From assembly GCA_964035545.1 (NCBI GenBank), contig OZ037770.1, positions 3,566,662 to 3,630,661 on the forward strand: DNA of 64,000 nt, given 5' to 3'. The translations under genes and the position numbers were made by a program. This document shows positions 1-13,645 of this stretch, one piece after another. Source of the stretch: Bugula neritina. Its lineage: Eukaryota > Animalia > Bryozoa. The stretch's first letter is position 1. Each line of letters opens with the position of its first letter. The notes below the pieces were generated by a model that searched no databases, was not told the origin of the DNA, and was given only the letters and a program-made list of their open reading frames with translations.

Positions 1-2004
1 ATTAGAAGAGCATATATTATAAAACTAGTTTTTGTACATTTTATTTTATTGTTGAATTTCCATTTTACTATTAATTTGCTAAGCAGGGTATCATTCTAAC
101 TACTTGAATTATGATCTGTACATTCCTACTCTGTGATGAAATAAAATATATTTTGTAAATTGACATGTTATCAGTCTTCACATCCTGTGTATGATCTGAA
201 TCCACCTTTGATTCATAATCACTGAGGAGGTCAATTTTTGTGAATAAATACCTCTAATAACTCCAAACCAGGTGTTTATGGTTTGTGACTTGAAACTTAC
301 TCAAGTTTGACTCTTACATGACTTGTAACTACTTGATGGTCACCCATCCTAATAAATTTCACAGCATAATAAATTACAGTATAATTTAAAACACCTTCAA
401 TATAGTATAGGCTATCTTTTTCAGTGCATTGAACTATATATGTCATTTAGACTTAATTCTGTATACATACCATCTAGAGTTTAGACTCAGTTTTATATTA
501 TGTTCTAGTTGTTGGGACTTTACATAAGCTGGGAAAGCTTTTCCCTAATGCATTATAGCTTTTCACATATCATCTCAGCTATGCCAGCTTTTTCCACATT
601 CATTATAGCTACTACACAATAGCTAACTTCTTTTACTAGTATAAAAACCCAGCATTTTTCACTTGTCCACATTCTGGTCTCACACTTGCAACTTATAACT
701 TATGATATAACCTTCTTCACATTGCTATTTTCTTTCATCATGTGATAATAAATATTTCTATACACTTAAAACACAACACTAGTTAGACTCAGTGCTATAT
801 ACACAATTTAGACTGAGTATCATATGCTAGTTAGACTATTTGCTATGTTATTTTACAAAAAGTGGTGGTGCTAACCCCCCCCCCTATATCAGGGACTGTG
901 GGCTGTAAGGATACCAGTCTATATTCTATTAATATGATTCAAGTGCACTTAGTTTACAGCTCCTGTCTGGAATTAGTAATTTGGAGTGGCTCTTACATAA
1001 TGGACCCTGACCTCTGAGAACTAAGGCTAATCTTATTAGTTACCTGCATGAAGAATTCAGTCTCTTTATTACTCTATATTACTCTACCTGCAGTCTACTC
1101 AAATTGTGGAGTTTATTGTGTGATTATATGAAGCCCCTCCCTGAATACCCTTCATCCACTCCTTTATACTTCTACTCACTACTTTTACTAATTACATAAT
1201 TGTTTAATCTATACTAAAGTCGAAATTTTATTGTATGTTTCTTAAGTTTTGATATGGGAGGGATTTGAAAGAAACTTATTTTGTTTCTGTAACAAAAGTT
1301 TCTCATGTAACAGTGTAACTGTGGTACTACTATATGTATATAATACTTAGATCTAGCTGTAGTGCAGTTCCATACTAAACACATATAACTTGCATATTAT
1401 ATTATATGTGTTTAATATTTAAACATGAAATAAATTGTTCTTTGTTCAACAAGTTTTATCTGGCTTTGTTCAATTTTCCCATATATTGAGTATAAAAGGC
1501 AAATTGTGAATAACTTGTATTGTCATTATTTATATAATATACAATGTGACAATTCATATGTTCTCTCACTCCACCCTTCTGAGTGAGCTTGAATATTACT
1601 TTATCTACTTGCGTGGCATTAAATTAACTATACTTCCACACCGTGACTCAACTGAATAGTATTTTATATAGTTAATAGGACTCACAATGCTATATATAAC
1701 ATATTACACGAAATAATATAATATATTCAATTCTATAATATATATTTTAATATACACACAATACAGCATACCTACACTGTTTGATATACATATATGCAAT
1801 ATGTTATTGTATTCTTTATATTTAATATATATTATAGTGCATCATATAGCATTGTGTTTTAATACACACTGTTACACAATGTAGCTTGTAAAATAAATCG
1901 TATAATACGTTATATATATTTTATATTAACATAGGTTTTTGGAATATTACTTATTTTTAGATAAAATGCTTTTTTGCACCTTAAAAGTTTGCAGGCAGGC
2001 TAAG

Positions 2005-2163
2005 GATAATGCCCTTCCCAATGCTATTTAAGGTTTCAGGGCTAATATATGTAGGACAGTGGTAGTAATGACCTGATGCTCTTCATAACATCACCACTGG
2101 CACAGCTGGAGTTCGGACCTGTGACAAAGGTCATGCTAGGCCAGTGCTTTGACCGCTGGACCA
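2005..2163 (-). mobile_element. tRNA-derived SINE copy (degenerate)
   Basis: Minus strand has an A-box-like TGGTCCAGCGG and a B-box-like AGGTCCGAACTCC, then CCAGTGGTGATGTTATGAAGAGCATCAGGTCA, which resembles the copy at 53556-53730. Confidence 0.5.
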
Positions 2164-3139
2164 TATATACTAGCTAGTACTAACCATCTGGCTATACCAT
2201 GGCATTATATAATAATAGCATCAATTTAGCAAAATAATGCTAATTTTAGTTTTATTTAACGGCTGTAACAGTTTACGATGTAGACCAGAGGCTTGAGGCA
2301 TGGCACTGGGGCTAATTTACTTTTGGAATGCCTCAGAGATTAAAATTACACAACCTTCTTGGTTCTAGCTGATTGGAATGTGATTGTATGAAGTATAGAT
2401 CAAAATGAGCTCGAAACTGCAGTTTAATACAACAATATACGCACACAATATGTATAGACAATAAAAGTACTCACAGGTATTTTAAATATTTTCAAAATGC
2501 TGCAGTTTTCATTCTGCTGTAATAGAGTCAATGCAGCTCAAGCTAATATTACTGTGAGTTGAACTTCAAATCAAAACATTCTTTAGATAAGCAGTAAATC
2601 GTGAGTTTTAGCTGTAATAAATCATAGTATATGATGTAAACAGTATATTTGTGAGTACATTTATAGATAATGGAATATGATTCCCACCCCCATTGATTCA
2701 GTTAGCCATTAAGTAAACAAGTCGCTAGACAAACTCATTCATCATTACTGACCGCCAACACTACACTAATCACACGCACGTGACCGAAATCATTCAGCCA
2801 CGCCACTACATTTCTCCGCGGTTTATTTTACTATAGTTCCGGTAACTGACTTTTCCATGCACTTAGCGTATTGTAAGCTAAATTTTATTGTAAGTTGCCA
2901 CAGAAGCATGGTTTGAGCCCCACCGCAACGCCTAGCTAGCTTTCTAATTTCTGCACTGTTTCATGCTGGATCGGAAAATGTATAATATAAAACTGTAAAT
3001 TTAGTGCGTTTTTAATTCAATGAACCCGGTCGCTATAAACAAAGCTCATTTTAAACTGGATTACTAGCTACTAGCTTAGAGTCTTTAGACATCAGAAATT
3101 ATAGCATACCCAGTAGAATTATTGCTGTTGAATAAAGTA

Positions 3140-4555
3140 ATCTTGTTATGCAACTAAGTCAATACGATTATAGTATTGAGTATCGCACGACCAGCAAACA
3201 TGGCAATGCAGATGCACTTAGTCGTCTGCCAGTTGGCCCAGACTTCAAGTTTGATGAGGAGGAAGATGGCGATGATACAGACACGATATGCACGATATGA
3301 CTGATTTCTCAACAATTGAAGCCAACAGATCCTGGAGTACTTCTAAAAGAAGCCTTGAAAGACCCTGTTCTGTCTACAGTAATTCGCTATACAAGAGAAA
3401 GATGGCCTAAAACACTAGAAGAGACAAACACAGAAGATGAGGACCAAGCTCATAGTGCAGCTTACAACATACAGTGTTTCAAGAAGTTGTCTGGCTCACT
3501 CTCTATCTCAGATGGATGCTTGCTCCACGGTTCAAGAGTTGTAATACCGCTTACCGTTCAGCCACAAGTCCTGCAGATTCTTCATCTAGGACACTTTGGT
3601 ATGCAGCGGATGAAACAACTCGCAGACATCATGGATGCTTATAAACAGTGCCGCTCTTGCGCTGAGCACCAGAATCAACCAGCCAAAGCTCCTCTCCATC
3701 CTTGGGTGATTCCAGAAAAGCCATGCAATCAACTTTCTGGGAAGCAACTGGCTAGTAATTGTGGATGCATACTCAAAGTATCCCTGCATACCTCCAACTA
3801 CATCAACATCTTCGAAAAGAACTACAGACCTTCTAGAACAAGACTTTGCACACTTTGGATATCCACACACAATTGTATCCGACAATGCAAGCACATTCAA
3901 GTCTGAAGAGTTTCAAAGCTGGTGCCGGGATCGTGGAATAGTTCATCTATCTGGAGCCCCTTATCACCCTGCCACAAATGAAGCAGCTGAAAGACTAGTG
4001 CAATCATTTAAACAGGCTCTAAGAAAATCTAATTTACCACCAAATCTAGCTTTGACTGAATTCCTGATGCACTATCGACGCACACCCTTGATAGGAGGAT
4101 ACTCGCCCAGTGAACTGCTGAATGGGAGACAGATTCGTTGCAAAATTGATGTTCTGCTACCATCACCAGCACACCATGACCAAGGACGACAATCAAAAGA
4201 AGTGGAAAAGTCTACAGACCAGAAATCCACTGTATCCAAAGTTCACACCTATACAGTTGAAAGTCCTTGCTACGCACTCTATTGTGGACCCCGAAGAGAC
4301 AGAGAACCGCGATGGGTCCCTACCATTGTTACAAAAGTATTGGGACCAAGAAATATAAATGTCAAAGTCACACCAGGAGGACCAATATGGAGATGTCATA
4401 TTGAACAACTTTTACCACGCTACGGAGTTGAGGAAGATTCTGAACCAGCAGACGATATGAAATCTGAAGTTCAAATGGCTGATGTTTCAAATGACGATAG
4501 TACTGCTAACCAAACACCTCAACCATGGAGAAATCTCAGACTACCCACAAACTGA
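3140..4555 (+). pseudogene. Ty3/Gypsy (K02A2.6-like) pol 3' fragment: RNase H end plus integrase, frameshifted
   Basis: LSQYDYSIEYRTTSKHGNADALSRLP (RNase H end) at 3150-3235. Integrase HHCC LHLGHFGMQRMK..CRSC in ORF 3316-3906. D,D,E core VDAYSKY / VSDN / NEAAERLV in ORF 3761-4555. Confidence 0.85.
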
Positions 4556-4704
4556 GCGTATGAACATGAAAATCTTAGAAGGTCAAAGAGATTGGCAGCT
4601 CGCCAAAATACATAGATGCATCAAAGGCTAGTCGGAGGATAATACATATGCAACGGATGCTGCTACAGGACTGACTATGACAATTATATCATACCATAAA
4701 TAAC

Positions 4705-4967
4705 AGCCAATTCAATTATGTATCAGGTGATACCCCCAGCGATGCGTGTACAGAGGGAATTACATTACTAGTTAATAGAGTAGATAGCGTGCTAGTGTAT
4801 AGACGAGATGTAATTTTATAATAACGATATGAGATGTATCTCTTTTCTTGCTATATAGTAGTAAATAAAAACATTCTAACTCTCAAAAAACCCTCAATTA
4901 TTGCGGATAATTGAAACCATAATAACAGGCTAGGAAACCACGCATAGTAATTGTGCAAATTACAACA
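4705..4967 (+). repeat. 5' LTR of element 1 (lacks first ~39 bp)
   Basis: Matches 9917-10178 with about 7 substitutions and small indels by eye; ends ...TTACAACA. Confidence 0.9.
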
Positions 4968-4968
4968 G

Positions 4969-4988
4969 TGGTGGCAGCGGTGAGATTC
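4969..4988 (+). promoter_or_regulatory. Primer-binding site complementary to tRNA-Leu 3' end
   Basis: TGGTGGCAGCGGTGAGATTC directly after the LTR; complementary to the ...GAAUCCCACCGCUGCCACCA end of eukaryotic tRNA-Leu (from memory of tRNA sequence). Confidence 0.8.
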
Positions 4989-5027
4989 TAGTTACTGTTG
5001 GAGACAATGAAAGGACATTAAGATATC

Positions 5028-8010
5028 ATGGCAGAAAGTACAGCTTCAAGTGAGGAAGGTGAGCGAGATACTATCATAACCCCTCTCCAGGCTGGAGAGG
5101 AGGCGCATAAGTATAGATTAGAAGCTCTCGTCTTCACGGGCCTAGAAGATATTGAACAATTTATTCAGAAATTCAACGAAGTTAAAGCCATTACTAAATG
5201 GCCGCCAAGAGTAGCTCTGATAAAACTACGGATGGTGCTGACGGAGCGAGCCAGGCTGTACAGACTGAGATCCAGCGTAAACGAGATTTTTGCTGCGCTG
5301 CGGGCTCGTTTTGGCATATCTGTCATAGACGCCAGGGCCCGTTTACAAAGGCTGCTCCGTGGAACACACGCACCACTCCAGGACCACGCTACACTAGTGA
5401 AGAGATTGGCGCCTGCCAGAAACACATCGACGACACTATACCTTCGAGGCCTTTGTACAGTCCCTCAATAATCTGGGCCTCCATCATCAGCTTCAAGCGA
5501 GAAGAGTGACCATGATAGACGCTGCGCTACAAGAAGGCGAAGCCTATCTGTTGGCCGAACAACTCCATCGAGCGACTGTGAACTCCCCGCGACTCACCAA
5601 AGGGCCAGACCACCCGGTCCGGGTAGCTGTCGCTACTACCAACCCCTCCTTGGAAACGGAGGTAGACCGCCTAATGACCATGCTAGAACAGTTGGTGGCG
5701 ATCATAACATGTGTCAACCCCGCAGGATCCAGGAGACCGAAGATAGAGGTTCCATGACAGGCTGCCTTATGTTGGAGATGCGGCACCAGGGGACATCTCC
5801 GCTCGAGTTGTCCACAACCTCAGAAGCAGTTAAATCCACGGCCCGCGGATGCCTCCAAAACTCCGCAGGCCAAGAAAGTAGGAGCCACAGGGTGGATACC
5901 GCCAGGCGTCTGTACGGACTCCGCAGTATGCCCCCACCAGTGCCAGACACCCCGTCGGACCAGTCAACCTGACCGGCGGCGGGAACCTTTCTTACTGCCT
6001 CTCACTAACCGCTTCAGCCAGCTACTAGAAATGGAGCCGGCTGACAGGGTCCCTTCGGACATCGGAGGGGAACAACTCACCCCTCCGCAAGGAAACTCTC
6101 ACCTCCACCGGCCCGCAAACCGCAGAACAAACGGGCACCGCCCCGTTCGGCCGAGACCGAACACGCTGGGGAGTAAGGGTACAACCTCATGGAGATAACT
6201 ACTTCTTGCCAGGGAAGGTGGCCGGCAATGCTGTCACATTCCTGCTAGACTTTGGGTGTACCACTAATCTCCTCAGCCGTCGGGTCTTCAATACCCTCCC
6301 CTCCAGGGAGAGGGGAGCCTTAGCTCCTTATACCGAGGAACTTGGCACCCTTGCAGACGGGTCGCATGTCCCATTCTACGATATCATAGAACTGACTGGA
6401 CGCATCCACGACCAGGCCATTCAGGAGACCTTCGTCATCAGCCAGCTAGAAGAGGATGCCATACTAGGGATGCCGTTCTTGAAGCGACACAGTTGCCGCA
6501 TTGACTTTAGCAAGTCAGCCATGCTAATGGCCGGCAAGGAGCTCACCTGTGTCGACAAGTTCGGCCGTCCCCTAGTGGGAGGCGTGCAGGTAGTACGGAA
6601 GTGTACAATACCAGGCCGCTCCTGCGCTACCATTCACTGCAGGGTGAACAATAGCAAATCTCGGGGTTGGGAGTTGTCGAAGGCGCGCACACAAGAATCC
6701 AGCTTACCAGCAGTCTTAATCGGCTGACTGATCGAGGAGAGATCTTGGTGCAGTGTGTCAACCCCTTCTCCGAGGCGGTGAAACTACCGTCAAGGTCCAT
6801 GCTGAGCCGGTTCCATTCTGTTCAGGAAGAATATATAGGGCCGTCGCTAGGAGATGCGGCGGAAGGTTCCCGACAAAGCCTGTCATTGAGGCGGGGGACC
6901 ATCCCACAACACGTCCAGGAGCTGTACCAGACAGCGTGTGACGGCTGCGCGGACAACGGAGAGCGCCAGGCTATGGCCCAGTTGCTACGCGAGTACAGCG
7001 ACGTGTTCAGCAGTGGAGACCATGACGTAGGCCTAACAACGGCTGTCCGTCATGAGATACCGCTAACTGCAAGGACTGTCCCTATCCGGCAACCCACTAG
7101 GAGGTTGGGACCAGAAAAGGAGAAGGAGGTCAGTCAACAAGTCCAGGATCTTTTGGACCGCAGCCTCATAGAGCCAGCACATAGTGCGTGGAGCTCGCCG
7201 GTTGTCTTGGTCCGAAAGAAAGACGACAGTTGGCGGTTCTGTATGGATTATCACAAGCTGAATAGCGTGACCATACAGGACGCCTACCCCTTACCCCGGA
7301 ATCGACAAATCTCTAGACGCCCTAGCCGGCAGCAAGTACTTTAGTACACTAGATTTGCTGAGTGGCTATTGGCAGGTCTCCCTCAGTCTCGACGCCCAAG
7401 AGAAGGCGGCGTTTATCACGTTGGACGGCCTATGGAAGTGGAAAGTCCTACCTTTTGGGCTGACTTCCGCCCCTGCCACCTTCCAGGGCTCATGGAACAG
7501 GTCCTCAGTAGACTCCACTGGAAGACACTGCTGGCATACCTTGATGACATCATTGTGATTTCCCCAGAATTCCAGACCCACGTCAGTCGTCTGCAGGAGG
7601 TGTTTGAACGACTCAGAGGTGCCGGTCTAAAGCTCAAACCCTCTAAGTGCGTTCTCTTGCAGCCAGGGGTGAAGTACCTGGGGCACATCGTCGGCCCTCA
7701 CGGCGTGACGACAGATCCCAAAAAGGTACGAGCTGTAGGAGACTGAGTTACCCCCCAGGATTTGACCGGACTCCGGGCATTTCTAGGGCTGGTGGGGTAT
7801 TACCGACAGTGCATACCAGACTTTGCAGGGGTGGCTCAGCCGTTAAATCGGCTCACCGCAAAGGGGGTGACCTGGCAGTGGACTTCCCTCGAACAGAGGG
7901 CGTTCGACTTCCTCAAGGGCCGCCTGCTAGAGGCTCCCATCTTGGCCTACCCAGACCCCGCTCTGGAGTACATCCTAGACACGGACGCCAGTGACCAGAA
8001 CGACAGGTAG
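5028..8010 (+). pseudogene. Element 1 gag-pol (gag, CCHC knuckle, aspartic protease, RT, truncated RNase H), multiple frameshifts/stops
   Basis: ORFs 5028-5471, 5506-5757, 6206-6727, 6667-7344, 7355-7558, 7369-7746 and 7762-8010 tile a Gypsy gag-pol in shifting frames. Confidence 0.9.
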
Positions 8011-8467
8011 GAGACACCACTAGTGGAACCTAATAGTCCACCAGTGAGTACGCCGCCCCGACCAGCAACCATACCATCTTCCCCAGCTAGTATGCCGCCT
8101 CCCCTGGAACGGGGACAACGTACTAGACAACCCCCAGCATACTTCAAAGACTTTATATATGACCGCGTTACAAGTGGCAATTATGAAAGTCTCGCTGGGT
8201 GCCGTACGGAGAGACTGGCAGCAAAACGTGGGAGTTGTGAACACCACGGAAATACTAACTTTTGCCAGGGCGGAGTAGTGGGCGAAATTACTATGGCGGG
8301 AAAAACTGTTCCGGCCTTGCACAACAAATACGCTGTCCGGTCTTTTCCTACGCTGACATCTCCAAGGGCAGACGTATTAAATCCACTAACATCCAAGCTT
8401 AAACGCTGAGTATGATTTTAAATACCAGGTTCCAAAGTAAGCTTGCCTAGACCTAGTATTCCTATGT

Positions 8468-9559
8468 ATGGAAACGGGTCTAACAGCTAATTCTGATTTA
8501 ATCGCTCTGATTGAATCACAATTACTGGGGACTGAGTTACACGTGAAAGATGACGAGGACATAACAATGGCCGACGATCTACTAGATCTGGAGCTTGACA
8601 CTATGTCCCTCAGTCAGTCTACACGCCACGACGCAGTCCTTCAAGTGCCGTATAACAAGATGCATGACTCTCAGACTAGTAACAGTTGGTTGTCATCAGA
8701 ATTATGCTGTAAAGATCTCACTCGATCTGACAATAATTCTGCTCTTCCAGATACCACTAGTCTTCCTAACCTTAATGATATGCCGCCATTGGAGATGGCT
8801 TGGAACGAAGAACCTATCCCCGCCACGCTACCGGAAACACTCCTAACCCAGTCCTGCTGGATCACGAAGGACACCGAGACACTTATCCAACAAAGCAGAG
8901 GCAACGATCAGTGCACCACCTGCCGTCTGTACCAGTTACACTTTACCACCCTCGCAGACTCAGATTCCAAGTCCCCCAACACTATATTACCACCTTCTGT
9001 CCCTGTGGTGAATATAGTTACCACAGGGACTACATCCTCCGCCACCAACGAACAATGGGGTGCCACGCTGGACATCTTTATGAAGTAGACAAACCTTCTT
9101 TTCCTCATTTCCTCAATCTCATCAGGCCATTTATCTTTGATCTGACTCGTTATGAACGGCTGCGCCAAGAATTCTCCGCCTCGCGTATCATTACACAAGG
9201 ACCCTGTCCCAAACCCCCGGGGTTTAAGAAACCCCCGACACCTCACCCGTCAACCCCCGCCTGCACCGTACCCCCGTCTCAACTCTATACCCCAAGTCGT
9301 CTTACAACGAATAGAAGTACCCCAGAGATGGAGCCCCTTTCCTCCAGTTTCTCCTCGACCCTCTCGTAAGCGCCGTTGGTGGTCTTCCTCTCCCAATCGC
9401 CACTCTTTTCCTGCTAGGAATCTGAAAGAGACGAAGCAACAAATACATGAGTTAGAGAGAGAAGTTCAACAGTTGGCACCTAGCATATCTGCCGCCGTTT
9501 TCGAGCTCCAGGCTCTCAGTGACTCCGTGGTCCAATTAAAGAGGAATGCCCAAGACTGA
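8468..9559 (+). pseudogene. Element 1 extra 3' ORF: acidic N-terminus, tandem C2H2-like zinc fingers, Pro-rich segment, C-terminal coiled coil (frameshifted)
   Basis: QCTTC..., then HYITTFCPCGEYSYHRDYILRHQRTMGC, then RNLKETKQQIHELEREVQQLAPSISAAVFELQALSDSVVQLKRN. Homologous ORFs in elements 2 and 3. Confidence 0.7.
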
Positions 9560-9877
9560 GGGTCTACTCCCTCCCTTCGTCCCACTCCACTATCACTTAA
9601 CTACGCCGCGGGTGGTGCCTCACTTACCACCTTCTACATATCACTTCCCGGTGCTATAGTAAAGACTCTCAATACAGACAATTTATTAGTTAGTGCGCAA
9701 TTATTTTTTTTTATAGTTTTATATAGGCCGTCGGCCTAAAAACACCTTGTGATTCTGTTAACGCTGTGTCGTTGTTTATTTTTGATTGTGTTTATATATA
9801 TATATATATATATGTACACATTTCTTTTTAAATTTTATTAGTATTATCAGGAAGGTGGGCTTCCTGCTGGGGGGCGG

Positions 9878-10178
9878 TGTAGTGGGGTACGCGGTATGTG
9901 CCTCCACGTGCTCCCTAGCCAATCAATTATGTATCAGGTAATACCCCCAGCGATGCGTGTACAGAGGGAATTGCATTACTAGTTAATAGAGTAGATAGCG
10001 TGCTAGTGTATAGACGAGATGTAATTTTATAATAACGAGATGAGATGTATCTCTTTTCTTGCTATATAGTAGTAAATAAAGACATTCTAACTCTTAACAA
10101 ACCCTCAATTATTGCGGATAATTGGAACCATAATAACAGGCTAGGAAACCACGCATAGTAATTGTGCAAATTACAACA
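9878..10178 (+). repeat. 3' LTR of element 1 (301 bp, TG...CA)
   Basis: Starts TGTAGTGGGG after the purine tract GGGGGGCGG; contains AATAAA; ends TTACAACA. Confidence 0.92.
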
Positions 10179-11275
10179 CTATACTTATACGAATCAAACT
10201 ACGATATCTTAAACCGATTAGAAAATCTTGCAAGGAATAGGACAATTTTAAACATGTTCACAACTAAAGTTTAGTTAAATGAGTGTACAGATATATTCAG
10301 TACTACTAATTACTAATAAATTATATGGCATAAATTTTATATTTAAAAATTGAGAATTCAACAATGAGCTGAAAATAAAAGTTATGTAACAATTTAATGT
10401 AGGGAATTCCAAAGTACCCATGAGCTACTCGAAATTAAAAATGGCTGTAATTAGATTACTCGTGCTAAATATATTATTAATCATGTCTTTAGAAATTTGT
10501 AAGATAAATTCTGTAGTATTCAGTGATGAGCACATCTCACTAGTAGTGTTCAGTTTTTTTATTCAGTGCAGGTAAGATTTCATACAGCTACTATATGAGT
10601 TTCTTCAATATACTTCATATTTTATTATGCGTTAAATTTGTCTCAATAATTATGTTGTTTATGCATGTGCAAATAGGTAACTTAACAGATTAATTGATAT
10701 ACATAATTATACAACTGCACTCATTGAAGGGACAGTTACTATATATGAGCTTCTTTTTATTTTTCATATTTTAATATGCTGTCATTGCCTATAAGAAATG
10801 GAAAATATATTTTGTTTAAATATTGTATCACCTTTTGATAAAGCCTGATCTGTTTCCTTATTGTTAGGGTTATCTTCTCAAAACAAAGATGCAGACATCC
10901 CAGAAGAATCTTCAAAATAGATAACTCAAGTCAGACATCAGAAGATTTTATCATATCCGGAGCAGAAAATCTACAAAATTCACCTGACAAGAAGAAATAT
11001 GTGCCACAACAAGCACATAGAAACTTGGTAGAGAAGTTAGATAGTATCAGCCCTGAGATGCTAGATGAAGCAGAGGAAAAGCTAAAGGTAGCGGAGAACA
11101 AACTTAAAGAGTTGGCAAATGATATAAAACTATTTGACAACACTTGGGAAAATTTATTAAACAAAGATGAAAAGATGGTGGAAGGCTTTACAGATGACTT
11201 TGGCTCCTTAAGCTTAGAAATTGTAAAGAGTAAGCTAAACTCTGGAAACTCACAACAACCAACAGATAGAACTGG

Positions 11276-11584
11276 TGTTGTGAAATTATGCTTCACTGCA
11301 ATCACTCGGTCTATTTAATGAATGTCACTACGCCAGGTTTTACTAATTGCTAAGAGTTTATTTACTTCAAATTACACGCATAAAAGATTAACACAAACTA
11401 ACACAAAACGATTACATAAATGAGAGCTAACTGTACACAACTTCACCCTAACAAGTCCAAGTTCTCTCTGCCGGTTACGCTGCCTATAACTGGCTTCCAC
11501 TACAGTTAGCAGCTACGCCTACTAACTAGCATGTCAGTCCTCACTGATTGGCCAAGACGATCAGGCCACCCAAGTAACATGACA
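11276..11584 (-). repeat. Possible solo LTR
   Basis: TG...CA termini (minus strand TGTCATG...TTCACAACA) and LTR-like composition, but no clear TSD. Confidence 0.3.
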
Positions 11585-11829
11585 CCAGCTGCATCACTCA
11601 CTGTCGGCAAGAGGTATCCTTTCAATACAAATACAAAATACTAAAATCTACTAATAATACAATTATTAATACAATTAACACATTATGAAACACCCTTACA
11701 CTCTCCCTTCCTATCGAAAGGTACTGCTCTAAGAAAAACAATATAAGAAATATAAAATAATACAAGGGTAACACAATAAGAATATGGGAAATCCACAAAA
11801 CAGGGACGATGAAGGTAACACTGTTTGTC

Positions 11830-12556
11830 GGCTCTGCCAACAATAATTCACCACCCACCGCCAGCTGTGTGTACACCTCCCGCAGCACTCCTTCTGTTCC
11901 TGTGGGGAGTTTATAAGCTACCACAGGGACTATATACTAAGGCACGAACGTACCATAAATTGTTTTCAAGGGAATCCACATGAGGTAAATGAAGCCTCCT
12001 ACCCCACATTCCTCAATCTCATACGACCGTTCATCTCAGACTCCGCTCGGCTAGAGCGTCTTAACCAGGGATTTTCTGCTCCCCGGCCCATCACCCCTGG
12101 ACCCACTACGAAGCTTCCATGATATCTGAAGAACTCCCCTTGATCTATCCCTCGTGTCTTACTACAATGCATCAAAATAAGTCTTACAAACTTCTTCCTT
12201 TTTCCTCTCCTACAGACCGAAAGAGACGGTGGCAGCAACCCTCCCCTCCACGTTCTTCAGCGTTGGCCCGCAACTTGCGGGAAGTAGAACTTGGAGCCAA
12301 CAAACTTGAACAGGAGGTACATCGGCTTGCTCCTGGGGTTAAAGAGGCAGCAAGTGAGTTATGATCACTAGAAGAGTCCATAGCCCAGCTCAAACGAGCC
12401 GTCAAAGATTGATATAGTATTCTCCAACCCGCCACAAACTCCCTACTCAGAGTGACCTGCTCCCCTCCATGACAAACTGGTGCTCAATAGGTGATATCGA
12501 AATATAACTGTACATATGGTAGACAATCACTATGGTTCTTTGTTTTATTGTTTATT

Positions 12557-12606
<50 letters not shown>

Positions 12607-12618
12607 TATATATATATT

Positions 12619-12649
<31 letters not shown>

Positions 12650-13139
12650 GTGTGTCTCGATGGATGTCATTTTCTTTTTATATATAAGTTTTTTTAGATA
12701 AACACCTTTTGTAAAAATTGCCTTAGATAACTTTGTTTTTGTGCATATAATAGTTTTTTTATAGTACGCTTCTCTTCCACTCTGGATTTAGCAGGAAGTA
12801 GGCTCCCTGCTAGAGGAGGTGGTGTAGTGGCCAACGAAGCATACTAGTTATACATATGCATTAAAGCCAATCATATGAAAGCACGTGATTACCCCCCCCC
12901 CCTGGCGAAGCAGAATGCTTCCGCACAGTTTTTATATAGCTGCAGTTGAGAGTAGTATGTGAAGATAGATAGTAGACCTTTGAATGTGTTACATAATTTG
13001 AATGTATTTTTATTATTTCTTGTATTAATATAAAAGCAAACATTCTAACATAATATAATTGAATAAAATTTATTGATAAAATATGAAGAGGAAACTTTGA
13101 TATACTAGCAAGCTAATTGATATAATAAGGTTGATAACA
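11830..13139 (+). mobile_element. 3' remnant of a related Ty3/Gypsy element (element 3): zinc-finger/coiled-coil ORF remnant, (TA)n, PPT, LTR
   Basis: FCSCGEFISYHRDYILRHERTINC..SYPTFLNLIRPFI and RNLREVELGANKLEQEVHRLAPG match element 1. PPT AGAGGAGGTGG then TGTAGTGG at 12823. LTR right end (~13139) uncertain. Confidence 0.75.
12558..12645. repeat. (TA)n microsatellite
   Basis: Long interrupted TA run, seen directly. Confidence 0.95.
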
Positions 13140-13495
13140 TGGCAGTTAAAACATGTGCTTGAGACTTAACTTAGTCAGAACCTAGTGTCACATCAAAGTA
13201 GAAAGAATGATAAACTTGACTAAATAGAAGGTGTGATATAAGTAGGGGTTGTTAGTGTTTAAAAAGTCATAAAATCAACTGTTACAATATATTGATAATA
13301 AAAATTATAATGTGACATTTTATATACTGTAGGTATAATTAAAATAAAGTAGTTAAATTAAGTCTTCGCTAGATAATATGGCTGTCAAGTAATAACAAAC
13401 AAGTCTCAAGAACTCACTCTATGTTTCAAGTCAAGAATCTTCAATAATTGAATTAAGCTTTGTGCAGCTTCAAATTTGAGTTGTGTACTGAGTAC

Positions 13496-13645
13496 TTAGG
13501 AGTTTTCTTCTCTACTAAGCCCATCGAAGCCAGGAAACAGGTAAAGTCTTTTACGGAGAGGAAGAGTCTTCCAGATTACAATCAAATTCCTGCTTATCTC
13601 TGAATCTTCATCTGGATACAGTTTCTTAACTAGTTTAGTCTGTAC
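13496..13645 (-). CDS. Terminal caspase small-subunit exon
   Basis: VQTKLVKKLYPDEDSEISRNLIVIWKTLPLRKRLYLFPGFDGLSREENS*; KxLYLFPG is the typical caspase C-terminal strand; acceptor CTACAG. Confidence 0.85.
   Translation of the reverse strand, partial: VQTKLVKKLYPDEDSEISRNLIVIWKTLPLRKRLYLFPGFDGLSREENS

Larger units (their letters stand above)
4705..10178 (+). mobile_element. Ty3/Gypsy LTR retrotransposon (element 1), internally deleted, non-autonomous
   Basis: Two near-identical LTRs (4705-4967 and 9878-10178), PBS and PPT. Gag with CWRCGTRGHLRSSC knuckle, protease FLLDFGCTTNLL, RT (WSSPVVLVRKKD, PFGL, YLDDII), and RNase H start DTDASD cut off at ~8004. Confidence 0.95.

Noticed and set aside
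10869-11318. Helical, charged ORF (11001-11318) preceded by a possible splice acceptor
   Set aside because: Stop codon near 10918, interrupted by a possible solo LTR, no recognisable domain; may be a decayed exon but cannot be supported.
12491-12701. YI-repeat ORFs
   Set aside because: Translation of the (TA)n microsatellite.
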